A stretch of 64,000 nt of DNA from Camelus ferus (taxonomy: Eukaryota). The stretch is taken from contig NC_045696.1 in the NCBI RefSeq assembly GCF_009834535.1, forward strand, positions 106,084,001-106,148,000, read 5' to 3'. Position 1 is the first letter of the stretch. Each line of letters begins with the position of its first letter. Made by a program: the position numbers and the translations under genes. Shown here one piece after another: positions 37,080-49,825 of the stretch. Below the pieces are notes generated by a model, which worked only from the letters and a program-made list of their open reading frames with translations, made no database searches and had not been told where the DNA came from.

Positions 37080-37270
37080 TCAGGGACGCTGCTACTGGCA
37101 TTTTGGCTCGGATGATCCTTCATTGTGCAAAACTGCCCATGCGTTGCAGGAATTTAGCTTCCCAGTCCTGTGCCCTCTAAATGCCAGTGGCACCACCTCC
37201 TGCGGTCACTGTAACAACTCCAAATGCCCCTCCATTTCCAAAACTGCCCCAGATGCCCTCCAGGGAATAA
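37080..37270 (-). mobile_element. MER20-like hAT DNA transposon fragment
   Basis: ctactggcattttggctcggatgatcc…aaatgccagtggcacc…aacaactccaaatg resembles reverse MER20. Confidence 0.65.
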
Positions 37271-38482
37271 GTCTAGTTGGCATATATGTGAGAGGCAGTA
37301 ACACCCTCGTTCACAGCATGTCTCCCACCTACCCCGACCTAAGCCCAACTGGAAGGTCCTGACAGCCAGAAGGGAGGTTAACTCTGTGTGACTGTTAGAA
37401 ATGTGCTTGAGCTTAAAACACACTTGAAATCAGTTATGTAAAACATGAACCACAAGACACTTCTAATCTGCAACACTACACAAACCACAACTACTTCCAT
37501 TTGGATGGAAAATTTTAAATGATAAGTAACATCTGGTGGTAAGTTATTTTTTGGGCTGTCAGATTGTGCCCCTCCCATTTTGTTACTACTTTTAAAAATC
37601 ACATGTTCATGGAAACAAGCTGCACAATTTAGGAATGTGAAGATTTGGGTAAAACTCTTTTCTGCTGCCTATTAATCCCAGCCTCTGAGACGACTCGCGC
37701 GCAGTCTGCTGTCGCTTCCACGTGAACACAGGCCAACACGTATATGACCGCCCTCCCTGGAAAGATGAATCAACTGTTCAGGTCAGCCCAACCGCTTCCC
37801 CCACTTGCCTAGACAAATAACGAATGTCCTCAAGGTCAACTTACATAGATCCTACTCATCATTTTTAAAAGCTACAGGGTATCTGGTGGTTTGGCAATGA
37901 CAAATTTATTCAAACATTCGACCAATGTCCTCTGAGCTGCACACATGTTATTTCCAGCTGCTTCTTTTGCCAAAGGCAAGTCTGCACTCAACATTTCAGG
38001 TATAACGCTTTTATTTTACAGGAGATTCCTGGAGGTGGGACGGCAGGATCAAAACCCATGTACATTTGGAGTTCTGATAGCCAGCCCCAACCCAGTTATT
38101 TCCTGTACACTCCATGGCCCTGAGGTCTGTGTTCCGCCCCTGAGTGAGCAGACAGGGTGCCTTGGCCCCAGGGCCTGGTGCCCATGCCAGCCCTGCCCCT
38201 GCCCACTGCTCCCAAAGGGGACTCTGGGCATGTAATGAGCAGCACACAAAGCTGAGCCCATGGTACACAGACCCTGGGGTCCTCTCTGTACCCCTAGGGC
38301 CGAGCCCAGGGCTGGGCACTCGGGAGACATCTGGGGAGGAGGGGTGTGGCAACAATGCGGAATGATGGGGCCGGTTGCCTGGCACAGTCACCTCAGCAGA
38401 GTAACCAGTGAGGTCGCAGGTCCCTGAGGGGTGGGAGCAGGGGTACCTGTGCCCCCAGGCCCAGCTCGGCCCTCCTCCTCAC

Positions 38483-38565
38483 CTGCCCAAGAAGTCATCC
38501 CTGTCAGGATCCTCGTCGTATAGGTCCACCTCCAGGTCCTGCCCAGGGACCTCATACACTATGAA
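38483..38565 (-). CDS. ESYT3: ESYT3 exon 10: FIVYEVPGQDLEVDLYDEDPDRDDFLG(S) (C2A acidic loop)
   Basis: ttccag acceptor, AG|gtgagg donor, 83 nt. Confidence 0.96.
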
Positions 38566-39238
38566 CTGGAAGGAAAGAGAGGCGACTTGACCTGCAGGCC
38601 ACAAGGTCTGGTGAAGCCAACCTCAGGCATGACCCCCACGGAGCCAAGTTCAGCTCTGCCACCTGGCAGCTCGGAGCCCCGGGCAGGTTCCTGCCCTTCT
38701 CGGTGCCTGGAGGACCCCGCCTGTAAGAAGGGAGTAATGCCTTCTCCTCTGGGAAGGGAGGATGAGGGGCCGCTTGTGGCAGCCTGGGGCAGAGGCTGCT
38801 CGGGACGGTGGCTGCCCTGTGCTCTGCCCCGTGCTTGCAGCTTCCAGAGGACTCAGCAGGTGGGGCCTCCCCCTTGTACGGCAGGTAGGGATGGTGACTG
38901 AACTTCAGGAAGAACTTCAGCCTCCCAGTGTCTGGCTCTGGCAGGGGAGACTGAGAGGACAGACAGAACTGCCCCTGAGGTTCTTTGATTTGATTTGAAC
39001 ACTTCCAACAAAGCTGAGTCTGTCTATAAGCCGGCCCTCCAGCAGACACCCGCCTCTGGGGCCTGGTGGACATGGGAGATAGGAGTTACACAGACCCATC
39101 TGTCTGCAGGGCCCACGCCTCTGGCCTGGCATTGCCCCTCAGCATGTGAGGATCAGGAAGGTGAGACCCTCCCTCGTTTGGCCAGCACGACCCAGAATGA
39201 AGCCCCAAGTGCATCGAGAGCAGCCAGGAGAGCCTCAC

Positions 39239-39409
39239 CTCAAACACCTCGTTCCAGGTGGGGTTCAGGTTCTTGTAGATGGTCCTGCTCCGGAAATGCT
39301 GCAGGCCGATGCTCACCTTGGCGTAGGGGTCTGACTTGCCCCGGATCCCTAGGAAGCTGTCCTTCTGGGCCAGCTTCTCCGCCTCCAGCAAGTGGACTCT
39401 GATAACCCC
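39239..39409 (-). CDS. ESYT3: ESYT3 exon 9: GVIRVHLLEAEKLAQKDSFLGIRGKSDPY…NPTWNEVFE (C2A)
   Basis: ttccag acceptor, GAG|gtgagg donor, 171 nt; C2-domain SDPY and NPxWNE motifs. Confidence 0.96.
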
Positions 39410-39994
39410 CTGGAAAATGCCCCAGCCCGGGGCTCAGAGCTGTCTCAGGGCCCTCAAGGCCCCCAACATCAGAGCTAAAGCCACCAGCTATCACCCCAGC
39501 CCCGTCTCACCCTCTCCAAGTCTGGATTGGGACACAGAAGCCAGAGATGGCAGCCTCCCGGCCAAGGCCATGCAGCAGGTGATGGCAGGGCCTGGGGCTC
39601 TGTCCACCGCGTCAGGATGCCAGCCCGAGTTCCCAGCCTCCTGACCCTCCCTGCCTCCGACCTGCTGCGTGCATGGCCTATTCAACTGCAGCCATTTCCT
39701 CCTCCTGTGCCAACCACCAAGCTACCCAAGCAGGTTGCCTCCTGTGTTCCAGCCCCATCTCCATCCTGTACGTAGACCCAGGTCCAGTATCATTTCTGCC
39801 CAGTGCCCGGTGTCCACACCCCTATAGGCACTGCGTGCTATTGGCGGTGGGTCCCTGTGCTCATAAAAGGCCCCACACTGACTCCCCTGCTCCCGCCACC
39901 CTGGCTACGTCATACAGCAGAACAGAGCACAGGAATTAGGAAAAACACAGTTCAAGGGGCCAGTAGGCCTCCTGCCTAGAACTATTTCTTTTAA

Positions 39995-40520
39995 ATATCA
40001 GTAAATACATATGCACTTGCCCTTTGACCCAGCAATCCCCTCTCAAAATCTATCCTAAAGGCATATTGGCAAAAATATAAAGAGACACGTACAAGGCTCT
40101 TCAAGACAGCACTATCTGAAATAGCAAAGGACTAGACATAACTCAACCGTCCATCAGTGGAGAACTAGTTACATAAATGCGGTACATTCACGTGGCGGAG
40201 TACCGCGTCCTACAGTGTCACGGAGTGGCCGTCATGACACACAAATGATAAAAGCAAGGTGAGGAGAGCTGTCGCGTGCTGCCACCCATCCAAGACGGGG
40301 GCCTGCCAGTGTAATCAGGTGTGGACACACAAGCACATACATGTACCTGCTCGTATTAGAAAACACGTAATGAAAAATACTGGGAGGACAAACCACTACT
40401 CATGGGGGAAGCGGGGACTCAGGTGGAGGGAACGGGGAAGCCAGACTCCTTAAAGTACAACCTGCTTGTCGTATTGGACGTTAGAAGCGTGAAGATATTT
40501 CACATGATTATAAAAAGAAG
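39995..40520 (+). mobile_element. Old L1 3' fragment
   Basis: ccctttgacccagcaatccc…tatcctaaag…cagcactatctgaaatagcaaag motifs. Confidence 0.7.
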
Positions 40521-41391
40521 TCAAGGTAAAAATTAAACCCTAGAAACAGAAAATGGAAGGAAACAAATCCATGTAAATATTCACGGCCTCTTGTCACAAA
40601 CAGAGAGGAACTATTCCAAGTGAATTTAAATCCTAGCAACTTGACAGCACGTCTCTAGTGGACATGCCCTCAGGACAGAAGGCCTGCGGTAGCTGCGGTG
40701 TAGGTGAGGTGCTGGACTGTTATTCTGAGATCGCTAAATGCATGGTGTGGGAAATGGCCCACGCGTGGCTGTGAGAAGGCTGGCCTGAGCCTCACCCCAT
40801 GGCCTATGTGGGCTGATGCCTCACACCTGGCACTGATGGTAAAAAGGAAAAAAAGGCACGTTCCTCTCTCCTGAGGCCGACTCCCAGCCTGAAGGGCTCA
40901 GGCCCATCGGCATGGCACCTTCTGCAGGGAGGCCACATGGCTGTCCTCAGGGGTCTCCTGAGCTGGCCCCAGCAGGGCAGGGGCTGGGGGCACTGAGCAC
41001 CCAAGGAAGCCCCATGTCCTGGCTCCCCCGAACCTCCTCCTTCCCAGCAGACACAAGGGTTCTTTCTACCACTGAAGAATGGAGCGGGAGCCTCCTGTCC
41101 CCAAAGGGAGGATGGGGAGCTCCTGGAGTTTCCTGGGGGCGAGGGTGACTGCCCACAGGAAGTAGGGGACCAAGATCCAGGAAGGAATGGCCCCTGGGCT
41201 TTTGTCCCTCCCAAGATGGGTGACTTTGGGCAAGTCATTCAACGTTCCTGAGACTCAATCTTAGCCCCATAGAACGGGGTACCAGGCCCCCCACAGGGCA
41301 GAAATAAGCATCACCATCTGAGGAGGCAAGCCCCCGCCCATCTGTCCCTCAGCTCCAGGCCCAGCGCTCGGCAGCCAGCGCGGGCACTCAC

Positions 41392-41512
41392 GCAAGGCAG
41401 AGGGAAGCGCAGGTTGGCCACGTCCAGCCCCTTCTTCACAGGCACAGTCACGCGGTTGGGCAGCACCAGGTGGGCGGCGATGAGGTCCTCCAGCAAGCTG
41501 TCTGTCACCTCG
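41392..41512 (-). CDS. ESYT3: ESYT3 exon 8: EVTDSLLEDLIAAHLVLPNRVTVPVKKGLDVANLRFPLPC (end of SMP domain)
   Basis: ccccag acceptor, TGC|gtgagt donor, 121 nt. Confidence 0.96.
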
Positions 41513-41774
41513 CTGGGGACAGTGGGCACAACCAGCTATGGAGGGTGGCACCACCTCCCCCAGGCCACCTGCCCCTCCACCCATCCCCACAGCTGGAACC
41601 AGCTTGGTGGGGTGGGCCCTTCCTGGGAGAGAGCGGCCCTGACCCCAGCCTGCCTGGATGAGGGGTCAGGGGCAGGATGTGGGTATACACAATGACTGCC
41701 CCGAGCCCCCACCCCACCCCAGTCCCGCTCTGTTCTCTGAGGCATCACAGAGTGGTAGCTCAGAGTGAGGACTG

Positions 41775-41960
41775 GGGCCTGTGTTAGAAGCTTGGCTCCA
41801 CCAACCATAAGCTGTGTGACCCTGGAAAGTCCCTAACCTCTCTGGACCTCAATTTCCACATCTCTACAGTGGGGATAATTATGCCTTCCTCCTGGGGTTG
41901 TTACGAGGATGAGTTAATATCCGTAAAGTGCTGGGAACAGTGCCTAGTGCACAGTAAATG
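41775..41960 (+). mobile_element. MIR SINE (one of several MIR remnants in ESYT3 introns)
   Basis: core gctgtgtgaccctggaaagtccctaacctctctggacctcaatttccacatct…aaagtgctgggaacagtgcctagtgcacagtaaatgc. Confidence 0.8.
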
Positions 41961-42876
41961 CGGGGCACGTGTTCTCTACCGCAGCCCTTCCATTCTGTAC
42001 AGCCCGACTCCATCTCCTCAGTATAGGGAGATGGGCAGGGCCTAGAACAGGGCTGGCACACAGTAGGTGCTCAGGAAATAGCTTCTGAAAGGAAGAATGG
42101 GTTCTCTGCATCTAGGTGGCAGAGCTCAGTGGGAATGTTCCCAGAGAGTCAGCGAGTGGTCCTCCCTGAAGGTATGGCAGCTGCTGGGCCTGGCGAGCCA
42201 ACCAGTGGGCACCCTGGTCTGTCCCACTGTCCCTCCGTCCTGGGAGGTGGTCCACATGGGACTGGAGCCCTGAGCACAGCAGCACCCTGGCCCCAGGAAG
42301 ATGAGGTGCCCAGATCAGCTCTGCCTCACTGGCCTCTGCTGTGACAGCTGCCACCTCCCACACCTGTGTCTGTGACGTGGTCACCATGGGTGGGGAGCCT
42401 CGTGGGCTTCTCACACACAGGGCTGGGGAGGGAATGGATGAGAGCAGAAAGAGGACATGTGGGTGTGTCCACATCCACTGTGCCAGCAGCACCACACGCA
42501 CCTCAGTTTCTCCCAGGGACCTTAATACAGAGGAATCTGGCTCCCCTTTTACTTAGAAAGAGCCCAGAGAGGTGAAGTAACTTGTCCAAAGGCATACAGC
42601 TGCCAAGGGCCAGGGCCAGGAGCCTGGTTCAGTTCCAGAGCGCGTGCTCGCCTCTCATGAGTCCACGTGGCCTTCTCTAGGACATCTCACCCGATGGTGT
42701 GCGCTCCACACACATCAACACTTTCCCCCTGGAAGGGGCAGGTGCCCACCCCTCTCCCTGTGCACAGAGCGGCGGGGAGGGCACAGCCATGATGCAGCTC
42801 TCAGCACTGACTGCCCAGCCCTGAGGGCCCCGCCTCCCCACCTCGGGTCTGCCTGGCAGTTCGCACAGGCACTTAC

Positions 42877-42932
42877 TTAATTACTGGCGCATCCAGCAGG
42901 TTGGTCAAGCCGGTCCAGTTGATCTGCAGGTG
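42877..42932 (-). CDS. ESYT3: ESYT3 exon 7: HLQINWTGLTNLLDAPVI(N)
   Basis: ctgcag acceptor, AA|gtaagt donor, 56 nt. Confidence 0.94.
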
Positions 42933-43401
42933 CTGCAGAGGCAGAGGGAGGCAGCCAGGTAGGAAGGGGCCAGAAGCCCAGGCTGAGAAGCCTCTGCCAA
43001 GTGCCTCACACCCACCCCCACGGAGAATTCAGCCTGCTGGGGGCCAGGGCGCCCTCTATCAGGGGTCAGGCAGGTGAGGGCACCGCCCAGTCCTGCTCAG
43101 GACTGGGGCTGTCAGGTGGGCTGCTCCCTGCTGGGACCACAGGAGTGGCCACCAGCTGTCTTGGGCCCGAGAGCTCTGGGTGACAGCCTCCTCTCCACCT
43201 CCAACAGCTGTGTGACCTCAGCCGGCCACCTCTCTGGGCTGAGCAGAGTCCAGCCCTCAGGCACCTTAAGGAGCACATGAGATAAGGGGTCTGGGGGGTC
43301 TTTGGCAGCACCTGTTCTGGGGCTCAAGCTCAGTGACAGGGCTCAGTGGGCAAGCACTGACTCCCAGGGAGCAACAGGCCTGCCTCATCCCTGGGACTCA
43401 C

Positions 43402-43491
43402 CGGCTTTTGCAGGAAGAACATGGTCACAGCTCCCACGAAGGGCTTGTCCACCAGGAGGGGCTCCAGGATGACCCGCAGTGTGCCCTGCAG
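43402..43491 (-). CDS. ESYT3: ESYT3 exon 6: LQGTLRVILEPLLVDKPFVGAVTMFFLQKP
   Basis: atccag acceptor, CCG|gtgag donor, 90 nt. Confidence 0.95.
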
Positions 43492-44090
43492 CTGGATGGC
43501 ACAGGAGGCAACTGGATGGCACAGGACCTCAGCCTCCCTGCCTCCCGCACCTGCTGTGCTCAGCTAGGCCGCTGCTGGCTCATTCATGCCTAGGCCACCC
43601 CCAAGGGTCAGGGCCACCTGCTGCCACAGCAGGGACCACACATGGGGAAGAGAGGCCTGCACTCAGCTGCCACCACTCTGCCAGCTGCCATGGGCCATGA
43701 GCTGGCCCCCGCTGCCCTCTCCTACAGCCGGGCCCCAGGGGTGCTTTCCAGCTCCTCCTCAGCTCCTCCACTCCTGCTGTAAGGTGGCTCCATCTCCTCC
43801 ACCCGCCTCAGTTTCTCAGCACCCATTCTGCATTGCTCCAGAAAGAGGGCCTCTCACTTCCCAGGGCAGCTGAGGCCTCTCTGGAAGGGACCTGGCAAAC
43901 AGAGGCAGGCGTGGGCAGGCGTGGGGCTGTCCTGAGCAGTGGGATGGTGCGACCTCGGGCCCGGAACCCCTGATTGTTGCCTGCCTCTGAGCCTGGTGTC
44001 ATCACCCCCTTCTGCAGCCTGCTCCAGCAAAACCCCGCTTCTCCTGCCCTGAACACGGCCCCGGAGGCAGTTAAGCTGCGCTCCACCCAC

Positions 44091-44157
44091 CTGGATCCCG
44101 TTCACACCAGCCTGTATCTTCTGCAGCTCCACGCTGATCTCACAGTCCCCAATGTAG
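44091..44157 (-). CDS. ESYT3: ESYT3 exon 5: YIGDCEISVELQKIQAGVNGIQ
   Basis: tttcag acceptor, CAG|gtgggt donor, 67 nt. Confidence 0.95.
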
Positions 44158-45728
44158 CTGAAAGTGCGGAGGGAGAAGGAGGGTGGGGAGGAGGACCAGG
44201 TCCCCAACTCAGAGAGGTCGGGAGACATGCCCAGGGCAGCCCAGCCCAAGCCTGAGCCCTGTATCACTCAGCTGTGGACTCCCTAACAGCCTTGGCTTTT
44301 CTCAGCTCTGAGCAGACATTGCCCCGAGCCCAGACCCCCAGAGGCAGCCCCCCAGGTTCCCGCACCCTTGTGTCCCATGAGCACCCCCACCTCTGTCCAC
44401 AAGGGCAGTGACTCTGGGCTCCACCTCACCCCACGACCCCCCACAGATGTGAAGGGGGGCTCTAGGTGCACACACCACTGTGCCCCTGCCCCATCTCTGC
44501 CCAGGTCTCATTTCCAAGGACACAGAGCAGCCCCGCTGCCTCCATCCAGCCATTCACACGGGCTGTTGCTGGTGGTGCTGAGGTGGGAAAAGCCACACAG
44601 GCTCAGGAGCCTGAGTCCAGCTGGAGGCTCCTGCCAAGCAGGGCACAGGGAGCCCAGCATGGGTGCCCTTGAGGGCAGAGGGCAGAGACCCTGTCAAAGG
44701 ACTGAGGAGAAACTAAGAGGAGGCAGAGGTGCCCATTCCATATCTGAGGACACAGGCGGAGAGGCCAGACACCACAAAAATGCTGGGTGTCCCCTGGAGG
44801 GGCGGGGGGAACCTGGGAGCCCGAGGTTCCCTGAGCTGACTGCGAGGCTGGGCCAGATGACCTTGACACACCCCAACTATTCACACAAGGATCTTGTGGT
44901 GGAGCTTTGGGGCTGGCAGTGCCCAACTGGCACCACCATCTCAACACACTTGAGACTGGCTCCCATCTGGGCATGGCCGTTCCCAGAGATGACTCCTGTC
45001 TTCCCAGTGTGCTCTCAGTGCCAGCCTCTGAGCTAAGGACAGGAAATACGAGGCACTGGAAAGGAACGGCAACATTCAGAACCTCTGGAGTGGATCCTTG
45101 GTCCTTTAAGTACAGTTTGAATCCCACCACCTCTAGGAACACTTCCTGGATTGAATCTTCCTTCTCTCTGACTCAAGCCTATTGCAAACCTCATTCGAAA
45201 GAGGTGCCCTTACCCAACCTACTGAACTAGTCACTCATGAGTCTCTGCACCCTTTAGTTTTCCTGAGGTGCCACAGAGCCCAGTTCCCCCGCTGCTCTCT
45301 CCCAGCCTGTGCTCAGAGCTCCCTGGGTCGCACAAGTCCCCACATTTTTTCGTCACGCTCACTCCCTTTTGTTGCATCCTCTCTGAGGCAGATGGTCTGA
45401 CCCTCCAGGTGCCCTGGTCTGTAAAACAGCTCTGCTGCCTGGGTCTTGGTTCCCAGAACCTGCCTGGCGCCTGGGTTACGGGAGAAGCCCGGCCTGGGCT
45501 GAGGGCTCTGAAGGCACTGGCTCCCCTGGGAGCGTCCGTTCTCTTGACACTCCTCCCCCTCCCAGCAGGGCCCTTGTGCCCCAGCCTGGGGGGAGGAGGA
45601 GGGACGCGTGCTGTGAGGGGCTGTCTCACTCCAAACGGAAGTGTGTATCTGCAACTCCATCTTCAAATCAGCTGTTCTCACAGTGCTCCACGTCCCCCAC
45701 GCCTGGGCCCACAGGCACAAGGGCTCAC

Positions 45729-45805
45729 CAGATCTGCAGGTCCAGGACCACCTGTCTCCGGTTGCGCTGGTTAGTGTGCGCCTTGACTCCGTTGACCCTG
45801 GGGCA
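45729..45805 (-). CDS. ESYT3: ESYT3 exon 4: CPRVNGVKAHTNQRNRRQVVLDLQI(C)
   Basis: ttccag acceptor, TG|gtgag donor, 77 nt. Confidence 0.95.
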
Positions 45806-47479
45806 CTGGAAGAGATGCCAGAGGCCTAGGTCAGCAGGGGTCTTGCGGGCAGGGGGGTGGGGGGGTGGCTGCTCTCCCCACCCAGCGCTGGGCTTCTCCC
45901 TGACAGCCAAGGTGACCACTGCACCCCAGGATGAGGCAGAAACTCAGAAATCCACCCTGCAGCCCCCTGCCGGCCCTTGGCACCCCAATACCTCCCGCCC
46001 TAGAATGTGGACCTTCTCTCTCTCTCCCCTGCCACAGATATTTACTGAGCACCTACTCCAGTGCCAGGCTCAGCCCTGGGGAGAAGGCAAGAAGCAAGGC
46101 TTACAGTCCAGCAGAGGAGACAATGTGGGGGTGGGGGCGTGAGAAGCTGCAGCCTGTGCCATGACATTGGGATCTGGGGACTTCAGGAGCACCTCCCAAC
46201 CCCACTTGGGGTGGGCAGAGGTTACTGAAGACTTCCTTTAGGAGGCCTTTACACAGCAATGGCAGAGGAGTAGGAGTTGGTCCTCTAAGGGGAAGGGAAG
46301 AGGGCAGGGTCCTTCGCTGAGAGATGTGACCCTGTGAATAAACACGTCCCACTCCAGGGCCCAACCTCTGGGGCTGAGGGCCAAGCTCCTTGGAAATTTT
46401 TCTTGCCCCCTCTGCCCACACTTTTCTCTCCTCCCATCAGGTGGCAATGGAGTGGGGTCTGGTTATTATTTATCAAGAATAAAAAATAATTTCATCTGAA
46501 TTTGAGTTAGTGATACGTCTACAGCTGAAGGTTAGGGGTGAAGTTCATTGAGGTCTGCAATTTAGTCTGAAATGCAAAAAAAAAAATGACAAGAGGGACA
46601 GACGCATGGATATGTGCACAAGCAAACAGTGGTAAAAGGTTAACAACTGTACAATCCAGATGTTTCACCACAAAATTTTCTCAATTTTTCTGTACATTTG
46701 AAATTTTTCATAATCAAATGTTGGAGAAAAAATTCAGTCAACCATAATATCTATTCTCTCCATGGAAAGTGGCATTTACAAATACACTGTCACATGAGAA
46801 GGTTAGCAAAGAAGACAGAATTAAAAACGCAGGAAAGAAGTATTGCAGGGATATGTGGAGCAGGTCACTTAAGTTACTATGTCAGTTTTCCTGGAGTTTG
46901 TGATGTGAGTGATATGTCAGCTTTTTAAAGTGTGTAAGCTGCTGTGATTTCTTCTCATACGTTCTCATATTTATTTAACATGCATTTTTGTCCTGGTTTC
47001 ACCTTCTAAATTTGACATTCGTTTTCTTTAAGAGAACCCCCAGAATTGTAGAAGCTTCCGGGCTGTGCGGCACTTGGCTCCACCCTGGTCCCCAGGGCCT
47101 CGATGTTAAAGACCCAGAGAAGCCCTGACGAGGAGGAAGGGGCCTATCTCCACCTCCCACGGCTTGGAGCCTGCTCGCCTGCTCCCGGGCCGTGGGCTGG
47201 ATGGCAGGCACCTGTGGAAGCCCAGCCAGCCTAAGACCCCCATCTGCAGAGACCTGTCCTGGAGAGGGCTGCCCACCTGAAGGCCCCCCCGTGGAGAGGA
47301 GGGATAACCACTGTTGGAGCATCTGCTCTGTGCCAGGCAGGGCGGCACTGGTCCGGGGCTCATGGTGAGGTAAGGGGCACCAGGCTGGAATCTGGCCCCC
47401 ATTGGCCCTCTCAGCCAGGTGCCCTACACAGAGCACCACTCACCCAGCCATGCAGAGTGGCCCTGACGCCGGGCCTGTT

Positions 47480-47590
47480 AGTCACACTTCACAACCACCC
47501 TCAGAAGTGGGTTCTTTCCTCCTACAGATGAGGAAACTGGAGCTCAGAGAGGATTAAGTTACTGGCCCAAGGTCATCACAGCACACAGCA
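47480..47590 (-). mobile_element. MIR SINE fragment
   Basis: acagatgaggaaactggagctcagagaggattaagttactggcccaaggtca. Confidence 0.75.
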
Positions 47591-49195
47591 GAGTTGGGCA
47601 TGGACATGGGAATCAGAGGAAGCTGGATACACTCATGGGTGTGAAGCAGGTGGGTGTGGTGAGTACGCTAGGGTCCTGGGAGAGCCCAGGAAGGTCACCT
47701 GAGGAGTCCTCTGTGACGTCTTCCAATGGAGGGGAGGCGGGGAGGAGAGGGTTGGGAGAGCTAAGGGGAGGTGGGAAGAGCCAGGACCTGAAGGGCTTTG
47801 AAAGTCAGGATGAGGAGTCAGGTATTTCTCCAGCAGGGCTGGGGCACCCGGTCAATCTGCAGCTCCCACATCAATTTCCCCTGACAGGGTGATCATTGTC
47901 CCTTAGGATCAGCCACCTCTAGGCCTGCTTCTGCTGCCGGCCCGGGACCGCTCTCCAGCAGCACATTATCCCACAGGCAACACCACCAGACAAGCGGCCT
48001 GGCAGAGCGGGCTGTGTGCTAAACACAGCAGTCTGCAGGCTTCCTGACTCTTCGTCTGCTGAATTCTTCAAATGCCAACTCAGGTATCACCCCTCCCGGA
48101 AGCCTTCCCTGACTGCCACAGCCCCCACACCCCTCCGCTCCCCAATTCAAGCATTCCTCCGCTGGCGTGCCTACACTGCCACGTTGCCGTCCGTCATCCA
48201 CCAGTTTATATGTCTGCCTCCACAATAGGACAGGGATCTTCCTGAAGGCAGGGGCATAGCCACACCCATCTCTGCAAGGAGCCTTCGCACACAGCCGCAC
48301 TCCCTAAGTCACACGTGAATGAAACAGTGAAAGAACAAATGAACCCACAGATGCTGGGATGAGCCAGTCCTAGCAGAGTCTGAGTGGCATCAACCAGAAC
48401 CTCCAGGGCTTAGACAAGCCTAATCTGCCCCCACTCAGGAGCGGGGGTGGGGCTAGCAGGGCAGAGCTGGGCGCATGCCCCGGGGCTAGAAAACAGCTCT
48501 CCGCAGGCTGGCCTGCCTTCCCACACCTGCTTGTTCTGGAGCAAACCAGATGCCAACGCCTCTGATGCACAGGGTGATGGACATCCCAGCGGCTCTGCCT
48601 GGGGGATGCATTTTCTGATGATCAAAATAAGACTGACATCAGTGGGGCACTTTGGGGCAGGAAGAGTGGGACAAGACAACGGAATCATGCAGTCAGCCTA
48701 GAATAGGGAAATGATGTTCAACACACAAGCTTCTTTCATCCTGGGTCCCCTAGGGCCTTCACAGAACGGGCATGGGCTTGTAACACGGATTGCACGCACC
48801 AGTCAATCAGTAGAGAATTACACTGCTTTGAGGCACTGACTATCCCACTTCACGAAGGTGAGTTCTCCCCAGCGGATGCCAAGGTTAGCAAGCTTGTACA
48901 TCTTTATGTCTGGCTGGCTCCCACCGCATGGCATGTTTTCAAAATTTTGCTTCAGAATTATTTCCCATCTCTCCTTTTCGTTCTCTCTGAGCCAGGTTTC
49001 CTTAGAACCTGCAGAGATGGTGATGCTAAGACTAGGGGGGTGGGAGGTGTGTCGGGGGTTATCCTGAGACCAAGAGGCTGGGAAGTGCAGGTGGGGGCTG
49101 GGCCTCCTGGGAGGTCCAGTCAGGCGAGTGACCCGGGGCAAGGGCGGGAAGAGCCTGCACAGCAGGTCCAGCTGCCCTTCCCGAGAGAGACCGAC

Positions 49196-49330
49196 CTTCT
49201 GTCCAAAGTAGAGCTTGGTGAAGGTGAAGGTCCGCAGGTGCACGCTCTTCTCCCGGATCTTGGGCTCGAGTTTCTCCCGGAACTTGTTTTCCATGATCAT
49301 GCTTAGGTAGGGCCAGGTCTGGGAGATGAT
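49196..49330 (-). CDS. ESYT3: ESYT3 exon 3: IISQTWPYLSMIMENKFREKLEPKIREKSVHLRTFTFTKLYFGQK
   Basis: cacag acceptor, AAG|gtcgg donor, 135 nt; inside ORF 48818..49474. Confidence 0.96.
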
Positions 49331-49612
49331 CTGTGAGGACAGGAAGAAGCGCTTGGTGGTCAGGTCCCCAGACCTACAGCTGCGCAGGGGTGGGGGCCCA
49401 AGGCCCTTAGGCCACAGCATCCATCTGCCTGCCTGCCCCCCATCTACCCACCTATCTGTCCATCTGTCCATCAAACATCAGATAACTACAGCCGTGGTTC
49501 TCACACTTGCAGTGGAACCTCAAGATTTGGTGCCATTTTGCAATGCACCATGAAAGAGTCATTCACTAAACTTTATGTGGTGAAGCCCTTTAATTCTGTG
49601 CTAAAACATAAG

Positions 49613-49825
49613 CAAGGACCTACTGAATAGCACAGGGAACTATATTCAATTTCTTGTAATAACATATAATGGAAAAGAATATGAAAAGGAAAAAGCAGAT
49701 ATATACATGTATAACTGAATCACTTTGCTGTACACCTGAAACTAATATTGTAAATCCACTATACATAAATAACAAATTTTTTAAAAAATAAAAAAAATTG
49801 TTTTAAATTTTAAATTAAAATAAAA
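49613..49825 (+). mobile_element. Short L1 3'-end insertion with A-rich tail
   Basis: aaggacctactgaatagcacagggaactatattcaat…ctgtacacctgaaactaa; flanking repeat aacataagc. Confidence 0.8.

Noticed and set aside
46434..46447. CTCF-like motif CCATCAGGTGGCAA (weaker ones near 42110 and 49870)
   Set aside because: Imperfect matches are expected by chance in GC-rich DNA; no supporting data.
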